This document shows, one piece after another, positions 22,501-36,200 of a stretch of DNA of 64,000 nucleotides. Below the pieces are notes generated by a model. It worked only from the letters and a program-made list of their open reading frames with translations, did not search any database and was not told the DNA's origin. Both the position numbers and the translations under genes were made by a program. Within the stretch, counting starts at the first letter, position 1. Each line of letters opens with the position of its first letter. This DNA comes from Lama guanicoe (lineage: Eukaryota): NCBI GenBank assembly GCA_013239625.1, contig MU054400.1, positions 2,702,282 to 2,766,281 of the forward strand. The letters run 5' to 3'.

Positions 22501-25500
22501 AGTTAAATTTAAAAACAATACTGTTGTCACATATAAATGGGATTTAAGAGTGAAGTCTGTTGTTGGATTTATGTAACCTGCCCATTATGTCCCAGATGTA
22601 GCAAGTGACAAAATGCTTTGCAAAGGACAAAAGTTCTGTCTCACTCAAGTGGCAGAAGGTATGGTTAAAATACAAAATAGGTCATGGAGTTTTTAAAATT
22701 GTGATCAGAAACACACGACATAAACTCTACCGTGTTAACCATTTTTATGTGTACTGTTCGATATTGTTAAGTATAGACACACGGTGGTGAAAAGGCATGC
22801 ATATTTTATGAAGACCAGTAATGACTTTTCCCCCCCTAAATTTCTTGGGTGACATTTGATGATTTTGAATTAATATTTGGAGACCAATGTAATATTTTTC
22901 CTCTTAGTACAACATAAATAGAATTTGTAGCTTCTGCTGCCAGAACCTCTGTGTGCAATTTATTATTGGCTTGGTTAAGCGGCTGTAATGTTATGTCATT
23001 AATGCATTGATTCTGGCTCTCTCACCTTAGTGAGTTTTTCTCCTGAAATTAATTGTACTAAGAAGAATTCTGGCATTTATAAGTATTCAGTGAAAGGCAT
23101 CAGTTTTTATTACTCTGGTATTTACTTCTCAGCCCCTCCACTGGGGCATCGAGAACTTTGAATTGTGCTTTCCGTGCATTTAAGAACCGCAGAGTAAGTT
23201 TTGAGTGTGATTGCATAAGTCACACTGTACTTGTTAATAAATAAGGCAGTCTAATTTACCTCATTCATTATTTAATACAACTGGCAAGCTGCTGTTGAAA
23301 ACATGCTGTCTTCCTAGTGAAGGTATTTGCAGAACTCAGCTCAGCACAACCATTTGAAATCTTCTTAGTTTCATACCTTATATCTCCACATCATGGAGGT
23401 TTTTGTTACACTGGGTGAAACAATTGAAAAGCTCCATGACCTCCTGACCCTACTTTCTTCCACCTCCCGCTCTCCATCACCTCTCATTGACTATACAGGA
23501 AAATGTGTTTGATTTTTTTCTTCTCCGAAAAGTGATATTTCCTTATGGGAATTCAGAGCACTAGAGTTAAAGAGAAAAGCCTGACTTATATGTTATTACA
23601 GGCAAGTAATGGGAAGTCGAGATGATGTGGTCACAGCTCCCCAGCGCAGAGTTTAGTTCTGTTTAAGATCTTTCACTGTTCCTATCCCATAAACTTCTGT
23701 TTGTGTTGTTTCAATATTCCCTTGTAAAGGTATATTCTAAGCTGAAAAACTGGCCGAACAGCTGAGAGTTGAGGTCTATTTCTCCCCAGGAATATTCTGT
23801 ATGATCTCTCTGACAGTCTGTAGGTTGTAGGGGTATAAAGCCAGGAGTTTTTGTTTAGCTGGGGAAAGGGAATTGAATTTCTTTTCTTTTTCTGCTTTTG
23901 CCCTTCCTTCTTTCCTTCCTCCCTCCCTCCCTTCCTTCAATCCTTCTTTCCTTTTTTTTTTTTTTTGGCTTTGCCTCCAATTTTAACTCATTGTTCATCT
24001 TGCCTGTTAGGAGAAGAAACATTATCAAGCCATTATTGAATATCAAACACAGACATCCTCCCTCTGACTAACTTTACAACTTCTCTAGAGAGCTTCTTGT
24101 AGGTTCAAAAACTGTAGAGTAGATTGTGGCGTTGAACCTGCTGCTCCTTGGAGCACTGTCAATTTTTGGTTCTTCTTGGTGGTTACAAATCAATTGGATG
24201 ATTTGAGGGAGAGGTTATGTAGACAGGGCAATTTGTTTTTTCTTGTTTGATGTGTGTGAGAGAAAGAAAGAGTTAGAAAAAAACTGAGCCTTGGGTTATT
24301 ACTAGTTGACTGATTATTTTCATAATCTATTTTGTCTAAGTTTTAAAACCACAAATCCCACCCGCCACGTGGCAGAGATGTGAGCCCTGCAGTGGCCTGA
24401 TAATTTTAGCTCCATATTTGATTTCTAATCAATCTCTATTAAAAAAGGCAAGGATCTCACATAATCAGGATGCCTTCTCACCACTCACTTTACTCTCTGG
24501 GCTGTCCAGAGGACTGGGAAGTCATAAATATTGATCTGGGAGATGAAGGAGTGAATGCTTGTGATTGTTTTAAACCTGGGAAGGAAAGTAATGCATAGGC
24601 ACTAAGTTTACACATTTCACAAAACTCTGTATATTTTAGAAAGCTGGAGTCAGGAGTTACCTGATCTTGAAACAGTCCCCTAATGTCTCTAGGCCTGAAC
24701 TTGCCGTATAAACTGAGGGCTTTGGATTCCATGCTCTGGCTCTGAACCTCCAGAGAGCTTCAGTTGTGGAGAAAGTGCAGTTTCTCCATCAGCTCTGAAG
24801 TAAAGTGCGGTGCTGGGTGCTCAGAGCCCGGCAGCGTGAGAATATGAGGACCTTTGGTGTCATCGTGTCCCGCATGCATGTTTTCATTGTCTGTTCTGAA
24901 TTCTCCAAACTGGTTGTCTATGTCTTTTAAAATGTAAGCAATGAGTGAGACTGATGGTGTGTTAGTGCTGGGCTGATGAGTCCAAGGTCACAGGGAGCGT
25001 CACTTAAAATCAGGACCACAGGAGAAAGGGCCTTAGAAATGCTCTATTCCAACCCCCTCTGCATGAACGAGGGGTGGTGAAAAGAGTTGCTCTTAAGGCC
25101 ATGATGCATTTAAGATGTCGTGGAACTAGATGCTTTCTCTTAGCATCCAAAGGAAGTGCCAAGACCTTCACTTATTTAGGATGCCTCCTCTCTGTTCTGT
25201 GTCCTTGCACTGAAGGACATCAGAGATGTGAAGACAAGCTTAGTCTGGCTAAGACTTTGAAAACCTATCTTTACTGGAGACAAAGCAGTTAAAAAGTCTG
25301 TGAGCTACTGACCTGCAAACAATGACCTTATCTTTCCATGGGAAGAAATACTTTTTTTGGTGTAATTTACTGTGAGTGGGTTTGCTGGCTTGTTTTAATT
25401 TAAAGTCTTTCTTTTCTCTAAGTAATGCATGCACAAGAGTCAGGCTGCTGAGAAAAGCCTTCATGAGTTGGCAGCAATGAGGGACACTGACCTTGCACCT

Positions 25501-26549
25501 GCTGGGCCATCTTGGCGGGCTGGGATTAGAGGGAGGGCAGAGCAGAATGAAGGTGGCTGCCCGGGGGTCTTTGCCATAGTCAGGGGTGATTATGTAAGGG
25601 GGGAACTCTCAGCCCTTTATACAAAGTCTGTCTCAGCTCCCATGAAAGACCTGTGACCAGAGTACAATTCTTTCCAGCCTCCTCTTTTTCCCCTGGCTTC
25701 TCATTGCCCCCAGCATTGATGGCTGAGCCAGTGAACAGGCTTAAGCGTTGTTGACTCACATTCAGAATTCATTCTGCTACCATTTTGTATGTTGCCCATG
25801 GCCTGCACTAAGGCTTTTCCAGGACGGGCACACTTCTGAGACATACCCCTGATTTCAGACAGGGCTTCTCCCCAAGGGACGTGGAAAGCACTTTATAGAC
25901 ATCTGCTTATTTAGGTTTAAAACCTTGCTCTGAAGTAGTTGGGAAGGTCCTCACAGCCTCGGAGGGACTGTCAGGTTGATTGGCTTGCCCAGGGCTCTCT
26001 GGCCAAGCAGAATGTAATTCAGAATAGAACCCTATCCAATGTTTTGCTTAGGGCTCTGTCCACTTAGTCCCACCTGCCCACATTTGGCCTTGTCACTGCA
26101 GGCAATTTTAGAAGTGTCTAAATGCAAATAAGTGTTCACAAGCCAAACAGTGGGAAGGAGGTGGACTGAGGCTTCATCTCATGTCTTTCCCCTTCCAGTG
26201 TTACCTTCTCCTTTGTAATCTGTTTTACTGTTAAGAGATAAATGATTTGTGTGCCCTTGGGAATATAGCATCTTCTGGTGTAGAATAGAAATGTTAACAA
26301 TCACACACCATTTAGAGTCCCCTTTTTATTGCAAATAATGACCTATTGCTATTTAGTACCACACCCTTTCCTGTAATCTTCATATCCCGATAGTTTCATG
26401 GATAGACACACCTTAGAGTTCTATGTGTGTGTGTACAGTGTGTCTGTGAATATGTAAAATCTACTAGGTGTGGTACCTTTAGATTTATTTATCTTGAATT
26501 GTAAAATTTTTCTTACAATTTAGGATTTACTTCCTTAAACAATCCAGGC

Positions 26550-26790
26550 TTTTTTAAAGTTGAGATGTAATTGACATACACCATTATATTAGTTTCAGGC
26601 ATACAACATAATGAGTCAATATTTGTATGTATTGCAAAATGATCACCATACTAGGTCTAGTTAACATCCATCACAGATAGTTAGCACATTTTTTTTCTTG
26701 TGATGAGAATTTTGAAGATTTATTTTCTTAGCAACTTTCATATATGTATACAGTATCCTTGACTGTAGTCACCATGCTATACACCCTCCA
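26550..26790 (-). mobile_element. L1 3' end (L1MA9-like)
   Basis: ttgagatgtaattgacatac...attagtttcaggcatacaacataatg...gtagtcaccatgctatac. Confidence 0.8.
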
Positions 26791-27744
26791 CCAGACTTTT
26801 AATTTTGGTTTAATCCTTGTGGATTTCTCTCGATGAGGACCTGGTAGGAGATCTTCTCTGAGTGAAGTATGAGAGCTTTAGAGCAGCAACTCCATTAATC
26901 AGCCTGGCTACTCAGAAACCCATGTTTCTATCCTCTGATCAGTTCTTAGCATAAACAAAAAATTATATTATCAGCCAAGTAATTTTGAATAATTCTACAA
27001 TAGTGTAATTTCAACCAAAAGACATTCAAATTTTGATCTGTGACCCCTGAAATATGGTGTGATCTAAAAAGATGGGCTCTTCTAAACTCTAATCTTTGTC
27101 ATAAAAGTGGTTTCTACTTCACGTGCCCCAGAATCCTTTGCAGTGAGGGAACAGGGAGGCCTGTGCCCGAATTCTCTGCGGTGGCTCACAGCGGGGACAG
27201 CCTGCTTCCTTTCTTGGGCTTCCACTTACTTATTGTGTAGTGTGTGTGCAGGGGTGGGGAGTGGTGGGCCAGAGAGCTTGACACAATGGCCTTTACATTC
27301 TCTGGCAAAGCATGATAGAAAAACTAGCATTTCTCGGCAAAAAAACCCCAACCAAACCCAAACCACAAACCCTTTTTGATCTGCTCCCCACTTTACTTCA
27401 GACCTTGGCTGCTGCCAACCTGAACTCATGTCATGGAGAATCTTGCTCCTGGTGTCTTTTCCTCGCCCTCCTGGGTTTGGCCTTTCCCCTTTGTGACCCT
27501 TCAGTCTCCTTCCTCTGTTTCTGGCAGTGTTTCTTATCCCCCTTCCCACTGTCCCCAACACACACACACTCACATATACACACACACACACTCAGGCAGG
27601 CCTTTGGCTGCAAAGCCCTTTTATTGGATTGTGAAGAAAGCTTAGGTTGCAGGACCCGCGAGTCAACCACCATCGTGCCAACTAACCTGGCCTGATGAGG
27701 TTAACACAGCCAGAGAGGCAGCAATGTAAAGGAACCTGATGTAA

Positions 27745-27838
27745 GGGGGCGAGTATAGCTCAGTGGTAGAGCATGTGCATGAGGTCCTGGATTCCATCCC
27801 CAGTACTTCCATTAAAAGAAAAAAAGAAGAAGAAAGAA
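27745..27838 (+). mobile_element. tRNA-derived SINE, camelid Vic-1-like (small internal deletion)
   Basis: GGGGGCGAGTATAGCTCAGTGGTAGAGC head (A box), degenerate B box, A-rich tail, 17-bp TSD aaaggaacctgatgtaa / aaagggatctgatgtaa (27728-27744, 27839-27855). Confidence 0.88.
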
Positions 27839-29399
27839 AAAGGGATCTGATGTAACTGAAGGCGCCCCAGATGGGGAGATGGGAGTTGGGGTTCATAACC
27901 ACACTCTCACGGTATCAGAACCTGGGATCCCGGATGAGCCATCCTGGGATCCTAATTCTGAAACGGGGGTTTGGGATTTCAGTGGTTGCTCAGCCCTGAA
28001 AGGGTCTGTGGTTCTGAATCAGTCAGCTCCACGCACCAGTGTTTCTTTCTCTATCCTGGAATTCACCCTTGCCTCCTCCCCTGGGCCAACCCAGAGATTG
28101 CTTCAGTTCTCTTGGTAGCTTAAGCAACAGATCCTATCTGTGGATTTCTCTAAATCTACCTCTGCAGTGCAGGTCAATTGGCTTTGCAGGTTACCTGCTC
28201 CCTGCCAACCTGGGTAGCAGCGCTCTTACGGTTTCCCACTAATTGAACCACACCTTTTTTTCCCCTGGAGATAGTTTTCTTAGCATGTACTGTCTATCTG
28301 TATTTTAGGCAGTGGCATCAGCTAATCCAGATGTTCACATCTGATCAGAACACCCACCACTGTGTGTGTTCTGACCTTTCCCGCTCACTCGCAGCCCATT
28401 CCTGGGGATGGCGCTCCAGAGGGGTCTCTCCCTGACTTGCCTCCTTGCCTGGTCTCCACCTTCCATGATCCCCAAAGCAGGAGCTGGCACTGAAATCAAA
28501 TCTCGTCTTTCTGCTCCCATCAAGTTTTCCCTTCCTCCTGCCTGGAATAGTTTCCCACATGTTTCCAGATTGTCATGTGGGCTGCCTGCCTTCTGATTCA
28601 AACTTCACTCAAACATTAGTTCAGTTCAGCTAGTGTTTATAGAGGACACTGGGATGTTACAGACAAATAAGGTACTGTAGGGAGACAGGAAACCCCTGAG
28701 TAGTTGTATCTGGTGGGAGAGTAAGATCTAATTTTAACATAATGTGATAAGGATAGTTGGTGCACTTGAGGCTAAAACCCACATTTACACGGTGGTTGTT
28801 TCAGCTTCAGCCAGACGTGGGACCAGTTACAAAGGGTGCTTCCTCCCAAATGTGGATACTTTTCACTGTTGATGGTGGGAGGCATAGATGTGTGGATGGG
28901 ATGTGAGCAGTCCTCTATTCCTGCTTCCTATGGTGGCAGTAACCCAGCTGAATTTTGTTTGTTTTTTCCTCCATGGATATTTTTGGTCATCTTGTGGCCT
29001 CATCCACTTGAATTCCCTTTGAGCACGCTGCCTATATCTGAAAGCAACTTCTCCCTTCCAGTGCAGGGGAAGGCTGGAGTGCCTTTGGGTTGAAACCAAT
29101 CACTCCACTCCTATTACAGATCTCAACTCCTTAAACTTTTCTCTGTGGATGGCTTTCCCTCTCTCATCTGTATTTTCAGTCTCTTTCTCTTGTAAATATC
29201 AGAATTGAAGCAGGATTGGTCTCTTCCGTCTTAGAAGGGTTTTTCTTCAGCCCTGTTCCCTTCCTCTCCTTGCACTTCTCTCTAGTCCTGGCCCTTCCCT
29301 TTCTCCCTTCAATGCCTGATCTTAGAAGATGGGTCTGTATTCCTTGTGTCCATTTCCTCCGAATCCAGTCTCAGCCTGCTGCTTCATCAAACTCACTTG

Positions 29400-30420
29400 C
29401 CACTGCTGTCCCCTAAAACCTTCACAGAACTAAATACAAGGTGTATTTATTTCTCTGTCCTTCTCTGATCTGCTTCTTAGCAGAACTTGGCCTTGTTTCT
29501 CGCTCTGTCCTGATGCTCCTGAAGTGTCCCTTTTCTTTGGCTTTGGTGTCAGTGGACTTTGCTTATTTCCTCTCTATCCCTCTTGCTGCTATTTCTTAGT
29601 CTTACTTAAGAGTTTCCTTATCTCTGCTCCTCTCCTAAAACATGATGTCCCTTTGGCTTCCATCCTAGGGCTGCTTCTCTTCCTGGGTTATGTCGCCATC
29701 TGTGACCTCTGTTGCCTTCTGCATGCTGATGTTCTAATGATTGTCCCCATCCACTATCAGTGGTGACCTTTGGGCTCATATGCTCAACTGCCTACTGAAC
29801 ATCCCTCTTGGGTATATCATAGTGCATCACACTCGACATTTCCAAATTAAATCCATCATCGTCACCCCAGCCCGTTTCCAGTGTTCCCTATCTTAATAGG
29901 GGCCACTGCCCACTCAGTCAAAAGGCTTTGATTTCCAAAAGCTTTGGTTGCTCCCCCTCTTTGACCCTTATATTCATTCATTTATCAATCAAGTCATTCC
30001 AGTTCACTTTTCTAAATATTTCTTAAATTTGACCAGTTCTTTTTATCTCTGCTGCCCACGTTCATTCACTCATTTATTCTTTCTTCCAACAGATATTAAT
30101 GGGGATCTGTTTGGTGTCATGCTAGGTACTTGAAATCTGATGGTGAGAAAGACTGACCTGATTTATTCTCCTCACCACGTTTGCAGTCTGGGAGGGGAGA
30201 TGAACATCAAACAAGGACTTACATAAACAAAAAAAATTCACTCGTTCCACCATCATTTTTGCCTAAAATGCTGCAACTGCTTCCAGGTTGGCATCCTGAC
30301 CTCCACTGTCCCCTCTCTATCCATATGCCTCTCTGTGCTGGAGTGGTCATTCTAGAATTCTAATCTTCTGTCACTGCTTCTGATTGTCCCATGGCTCTCA
30401 TGCCTCTTAAAATAGAATCC
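29400..30420. mobile_element. L2 fragments
   Basis: caactgcctactgaacatccctcttggg..., cattcactcatttattc..., pyrimidine-rich L2-like segments. Confidence 0.6.
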
Positions 30421-30989
30421 AAAGTTGGTTTTTCTTCTTTAGGTTAAAAAAACCCAAAAAACAGAATGTCACTATATACTGCTGTGTAATGAATCCTAGA
30501 ACTATCACATGGATCCAAATACGCAGATCAGCATAACAGTTGCTTTTTACACCAGCAGATCTATAAAGGAGAACAAATTATAACTGGAAGCTTGCTTGGT
30601 GATCTTGGAATTAGAGCAAGGGCACTTAATTCTGCATTTAAAATGTTAAATAGCATTAAGCTCAGCTTTCCCGAGGCATCCATCTCCATAATGGGAGAGC
30701 CTTCACAAAGGGGAATGCAGAACTTGAAGTACTTTGGCCCAGACCTGTGTCCCCTGGATGGACACTCCTTTCTCTTGCTTTCATTCATTGCCGGGCCCCA
30801 ATTCTGATTGACACATTCTTTCTTTGGAAAGGTTAGTGCCTTTAGCCAAGACTTGCTTAAGCCTGGGAGCCTTTCTGAGTCTTTAAAGTGATTTTGCACA
30901 ACTTTTCTTTGAAATGCATTAACTTCATCACATGGAATTTTTTTTTTAAAGGACCTAAGGAAACTTTTTTTTGGTATGTATTCTGATCA

Positions 30990-31348
30990 TTTTTTAAATA
31001 ATTTTTTAAATTGAAGTATAGTTGGTTTACAATGTTGTGTTGGTTTCTGGTGTACAGCATGATGTTTCAGTTATACATATATATGTATTCCTTTTCATAT
31101 TCTTTTTCATTACAGTTTATTATAGGTGAATGTAGTTCTCTGTGCTATACAGTAGAAACTTGCTATTTATTTTATATATAAAATAGTATCTGCAAATCCC
31201 AATTTATCCCTCTACCCCCCTCCCCTGCCGTAATCGTAGTTTGTTTTTTATGTCTGTGAGTCTGTTTCTGTTTTGTAAATAGGTTCATTTGTGTCATTTT
31301 TTTTAGATTCCACATATAAGTGATATCATATGGTATTTTTCTTTTTCT
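30990..31348 (-). mobile_element. L1 3' end
   Basis: ttgaagtatagttggtttacaatgttgtg...gattccacatataagtgatatcata. Minus ORF 31172-31438 contains PYDITYMWNLKK. Confidence 0.88.
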
Positions 31349-31369
31349 ATTGTGTGGAATTTTATTAGT

Positions 31370-32800
31370 AATTTGCTTTTTAAAAAAGCAGTATTTGAAC
31401 ATGATTAGAAATACGAACAGTATCAAGAAGTGTATCATGAAAAGTCAGTCTCCCTCCCATCGTGGATTTCAACCCTCCAGTCCCTCAGCCTCCCTCTCCA
31501 GTAGCAACTTTGATTTTAGTTTGAAGATCTTGCTAGGCTGTTCTATGTTTTGGTGTGTGTTTGTTTGTTTCTTTTTTTTTTTTTTACTTCGCAGTGTATC
31601 TTAAAAATATTCCTATAGCAGCATATACACACCAAACTTATTTTTTTCACAGCCACTCAGTAATCCATCCAATGAATGGACTATATTTAACTAACCTCCA
31701 TTTGAACAACCTTGCACACATGCATGATTTTATATACAGGAAAAGTTCCTAGAATTTGAATTGCAGGGGCATTTGCAAGACAGTTGGGATTTGGTAGATA
31801 TTGCCAAGTTGTCCTGCAAAAAGATCACATCATTTTATTCTCCCACCCAAACTGGAAGCCCCTGTTTTTCTACAGTCAAGCCAATACCATTTGTTATGAA
31901 ACCTTTTGATCTTTGTCAGTCATATCCCTGGAAAATAGTATCTCACCATTTGTTTTATTTCGCAGTTATGCAATTATGATCCAGGTTAAAAATCTTTTTA
32001 TATGTTTGTAAGTCATTTGTATTTCTTTTTCAGTGAACTGTGTTGTAACATCCCTTAGCCATTTTCTTTTTCTATTGGATTGGTGACCTTTTCAAAAAAT
32101 TGATTCATAAAATCTGTCGAACAGTAAGAAAATTTATGCTTTGTCTAATATTTTGCTTGTCTTTTGATATTGATTGTAGTTTTTCTTTTTTGGTAGCACA
32201 GAATTAAGTGGGTTTTTTTGTAGTAAGATTTATTATTTCTTTTATGGCTTGCTTCTGTGTTGTAAATGTGGCTGAAAAGAGTCTCCCCTTCTATAAGAGT
32301 ATAAAATAAGTCTCGTAGATTTTCTTCTACTACTTTTACTATTTTATGCTTTTGTATTTAAAATTTTGCTCCATTTGGATTTTTAAAATATAAGGAGTGA
32401 GGTAGCAAAAAAATTGTTTCACTCTTTTTCAACGTAGATAATCAGCCCATCAGGTCTCTTGACACCCTTGATTATATAATTCAACCTTTCCCTCAGTAAT
32501 TAAATAACGATTTGGCTAAATGTGAAGATCATCTTTGTATTTTGGCCTATTTTGAGATCTATCCTCTCCTGTTAATGTCTGTTTACATGATAATACTGAA
32601 CTTTTTATATCCTAAAGCTTCATAGATACGTATTTTTCTACTTAAAGTATACATCTTACGTACCAATTTCTTCTTTCAGAATTTTCTGGATTATTCTTGC
32701 AAGATAATATTTTCATAAGAACTTTAGAAACTGCTTGCCTAGCTCTCCTACATTATATTGATGTTTTAAATTAAGACAGCATTATATTTATAGATTAAAA
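31370..32800 (-). mobile_element. Ancient L1ME-like fragment
   Basis: Degenerate antisense L1 ORF2/3'UTR signatures (agtcatttgtatttcttttcagtgaactg..., tataaggagtgaggtag). Confidence 0.65.
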
Positions 32801-32841
32801 ACTCACAATTTTGTAACAAGTCTTAAAAGCCCTGCATCCTC

Positions 32842-32882
32842 CAACACAACATTGTGAATCAACTATACTTCAATAAGAAAAA
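32842..32882 (+). mobile_element. 41-bp L1 3' terminus with 17-bp TSD
   Basis: caacacaacattgtgaatcaactatacttcaataag+A tail between aaaagccctgcatcctc (32825-32841) and aaaagcccagcatcctc (32883-32899). Confidence 0.88.
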
Positions 32883-32936
32883 AAAAGCCCAGCATCCTCA
32901 AATTCAAACCCATTTCTCTAGCCTCATTTCTTGCCT

Positions 32937-33241
32937 TTTTTTTTGTTGTTGTTGTTTTCATAGGCTTTTTCATTAAAGGTTATTACAAAATATTGAATAT
33001 AGTTCCCTGTGCTATACAGAAGAAATCTGGTATTTTAAATCTGTTTTTATGTATAATGGCTAACATTTGCAAATCTCAAACTCCCAAATTTATCCCTTCC
33101 CACCCCCTTTACAATGTGGTGTTAGTTTCTGGTGTACAGCATAGTGATTCAGTTATAGAGATATATATTCTTTTTCATTATAGATTATTACAAACTATTG
33201 AACGTAGTTCCTTGTGCTGTACAGTAGATAAACAACAAAAT
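32937..33241 (-). mobile_element. Composite L1 3'-end insertion within a perfect 20-bp TSD
   Basis: TSD tctagcctcatttcttgcct at 32917-32936 and 33242-33261, enclosing two overlapping L1 3'UTR segments. Confidence 0.88.
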
Positions 33242-36200
33242 TCTAGCCTCATTTCTTGCCTCTCCTTTTCTTCAATATGATGATGCAGCCTCTCTGAGTT
33301 TTAAATTCCCCTACTGAGCTCTACTCTCACCTCCCAGGCTTCACCCTGGCTGTCCTCTCTGCCCAGAACTCCATTTTCCTGCCTTTTGCCCCTGGCTAAC
33401 TTCCTCTGCCTCTCTACCTCTGGGCTGTGTGTCACCACTATGTGCTTTTACAGCCCCACACCCAGTGTTACCCAGTCCCACCCCAGGTCACTTAGTATCA
33501 TAAATGCACGCCTGGGTACCTGTCTGCAGACTCCCGTAGAATACAAAATGCATAAGGGCAGAGACCATGGGGATCTTGTGTATTGCTCTTCCCCAGCACA
33601 GTATCCTAGACCTCCATGTGTATTATATACATACACAAGGATACATATCCATGCATATCCCCCTCCCCTACATATCCCTTACTTAGAGTTCCAAATTAGA
33701 GTAGTTACGCATTGTTCTTTGGGCTGTCAGTGTGTAAATTTCTAGACATAGCTTTCAGAAAGTCATCAGGTTAAGATGGTTATTTAAATAAATAACCTTT
33801 ATGGAATTCAACAGCACAGTGTTGGTTCATGCACAATATGAAATCAATTCGTTGTAGAGACAGCATAGCTGGCAAAGAAGAAAGGCAAAGCTTTGATGAG
33901 GCAGGCTGATTATGTGTCCAATGGGAAGGAGAGATGGAGAGTGAATTAAGCAGATGAAGAGAGATGGATGCAGAACAGGCTAGCTCAACAACAAAGGTAA
34001 ATCCAGGGAAGAAGAATCATTCCAGGGACATCTGATCCCCAACAAACAAATGGGTCTAATGAGAAAGATTTGTGCCTTGTCTGTCGTGTAATAGCTAATA
34101 ATGGATATCCCCGTGGATCAATTGCAGTTTTCCCTGTTACTGCATTTATAGTGCTTCACTTAAAAAGTGATTCTGGTGTGAGATTTCAGATGTGATTTAT
34201 CCTTCTTGTAATATGGATGGTGGAGGCTGTTCATTTTTCTTAAAGAACTGCAGACATCAGGAGTATGAACAGACAGTGTGTCAGGTCCAGGTTAATGAAC
34301 CATCAGATGCACATACTTTGGTACCTTTACAATCAAGGTGCAGTGGGCTGATTCTATGAATGTTTCATGGGGCTTCCTTTGTATTTATAACAGTTAACAC
34401 TATCAGGCACCTTAGAAGTTTTGACAGTTGTTTGCAAAACTGATCATGAAACAACTGATAGACATATGAGATTGGAAGGCTTTGAAAAACAGAGTGGGAA
34501 AGTATATAGGTGAACAGATTGTGTTGAATAATCCAAAAAGATAATTCTCCCTTGAGATAAATAACATCCATTTATTTATGTTTACATGGTGCAGTATGTT
34601 CAGAATATACATACAAAAGAAAATAGTTTAGACTCCATGTGTATTGTGAAATTGAAATTAAAAAAGGAATGGGCATAATGGAACCAACATATAATGTTTA
34701 ACTCTTATGAGAAAAGTCTCATTTTTGGTTGAGACATTGGCTCTCATGGTAAGCTTATGTGGCCCTCTGGGACTTAAATTCCTCACCACAATGGTGCCTT
34801 GAGCGCACCATTGAGTCTTGTATTTAACCCAGCCTACCCTAGCATCTACTCTGTCATTACCCTCCTTTCATTGTATTTTATATCTGTTCGTGTGCTGTTC
34901 AGAGTGCCATAGACTTTCTGTTGACAAAGTCATCTATTACATGGAGGGCTGAAATAGAGGATAGGAATTGACTATTTATGTATTGATTGATGGATTGATC
35001 CATCCATTCATTCATTTAATCAATTAATTAATCAACAAACATATTTTGAATATGTCCTCCCACCAGGTAGTTTTCTGGGCCCTGGGTAACGGACGTAGGC
35101 CAGCTCCTACCATTTATATGGCCTGTTGAAGGACACCAGCAGAGGTCTCCAGTGAGATCATTCACCCGACCTCCTTTCTCTTTCCTAGCTGTGTGGACAA
35201 TCTAGCCTACACATTTGAACTCCATCAACAGTGCTATAGATGGCAGCCTTGGAACGCCCCCCCCTTCCCCTGTACAGTTGTGCCTAGGAGTGTGCACATC
35301 TATAACAGGAGGAGAGACCCACAGAAAAAGCCTGTCCAGGCCCCAGGAATAGGCTTAGATCCTCCTAGGTCAAGAAGGGAAGGAGTGATTTCCAGGGGAG
35401 CATCCTGTTGCCTCTGTAAAGTCCTTGCCTCATATGGAGGAACTCAGCCGGAGGAGTACCAGAGTGAGGGCCTCTGACATGCCTGGACCCACTGGCCAGT
35501 GCTAAGGGCACTAGGGACAAGGCTGGCTGAGCCTCTGCCTTGGTAGTTTTGAGGTGCAGTGATGCTCTGGAATAGAGAAAGTGCAGGGCTTATGCATGGG
35601 AGCACTCCAGGCACTCCTGACTGCTCCTCCCATTGTAGTGCCCCCCACTTTGGGGGAATTCTTAAGCATGGGGGTCCATGTTTCCAAAGACAGCTGTGCA
35701 GGATGCCCCTCCTGACTTGTGTTACAGCAAGCTTTGTGGTATCGCAGACACAGACAGACTAGCAAAGCACGGATCTGTCCCCAGAAGTTCATGGAGCTTG
35801 TTAAACATCAAACGTCAGTAGCTTCCAGTTTCTACCTTCTTCTCTTTCCCATACAGATTTTATTATTGCCCCTGAAAGCTCTAGATCTGAATGTAATATT
35901 TTAAGAATCAGCTCATTATGGCTGAATAATTTTTTTTTTTTTACTGGCACCCTAGGAGGATCCTGGGATTGTGAAAACTGTGCTTAAGAAGTTCCTCTTC
36001 TCATTATGTTTTTTTCTGAATTGAAACATCACTCAGTCTATCAGTTGCCATGCATAGGTGGATCAACAGATTAAGTTTTTCATTTTCCTTGGGCGTTTGT
36101 GTGGAGGAATGATCCAGGTTATGAGGCAGGAGGGCTTGGAGGGTTAAATCCCCCACTCTGAAGTTGGTCTGTCCCTGCTACTTGGGACTAGGTAATAAAA

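Noticed and set aside
27921..27952. Repeated CCTGGGATCC with possible bulged hairpin
   Set aside because: Short, driven by the GGATCC palindrome, too small for a pre-miRNA and without supporting context.
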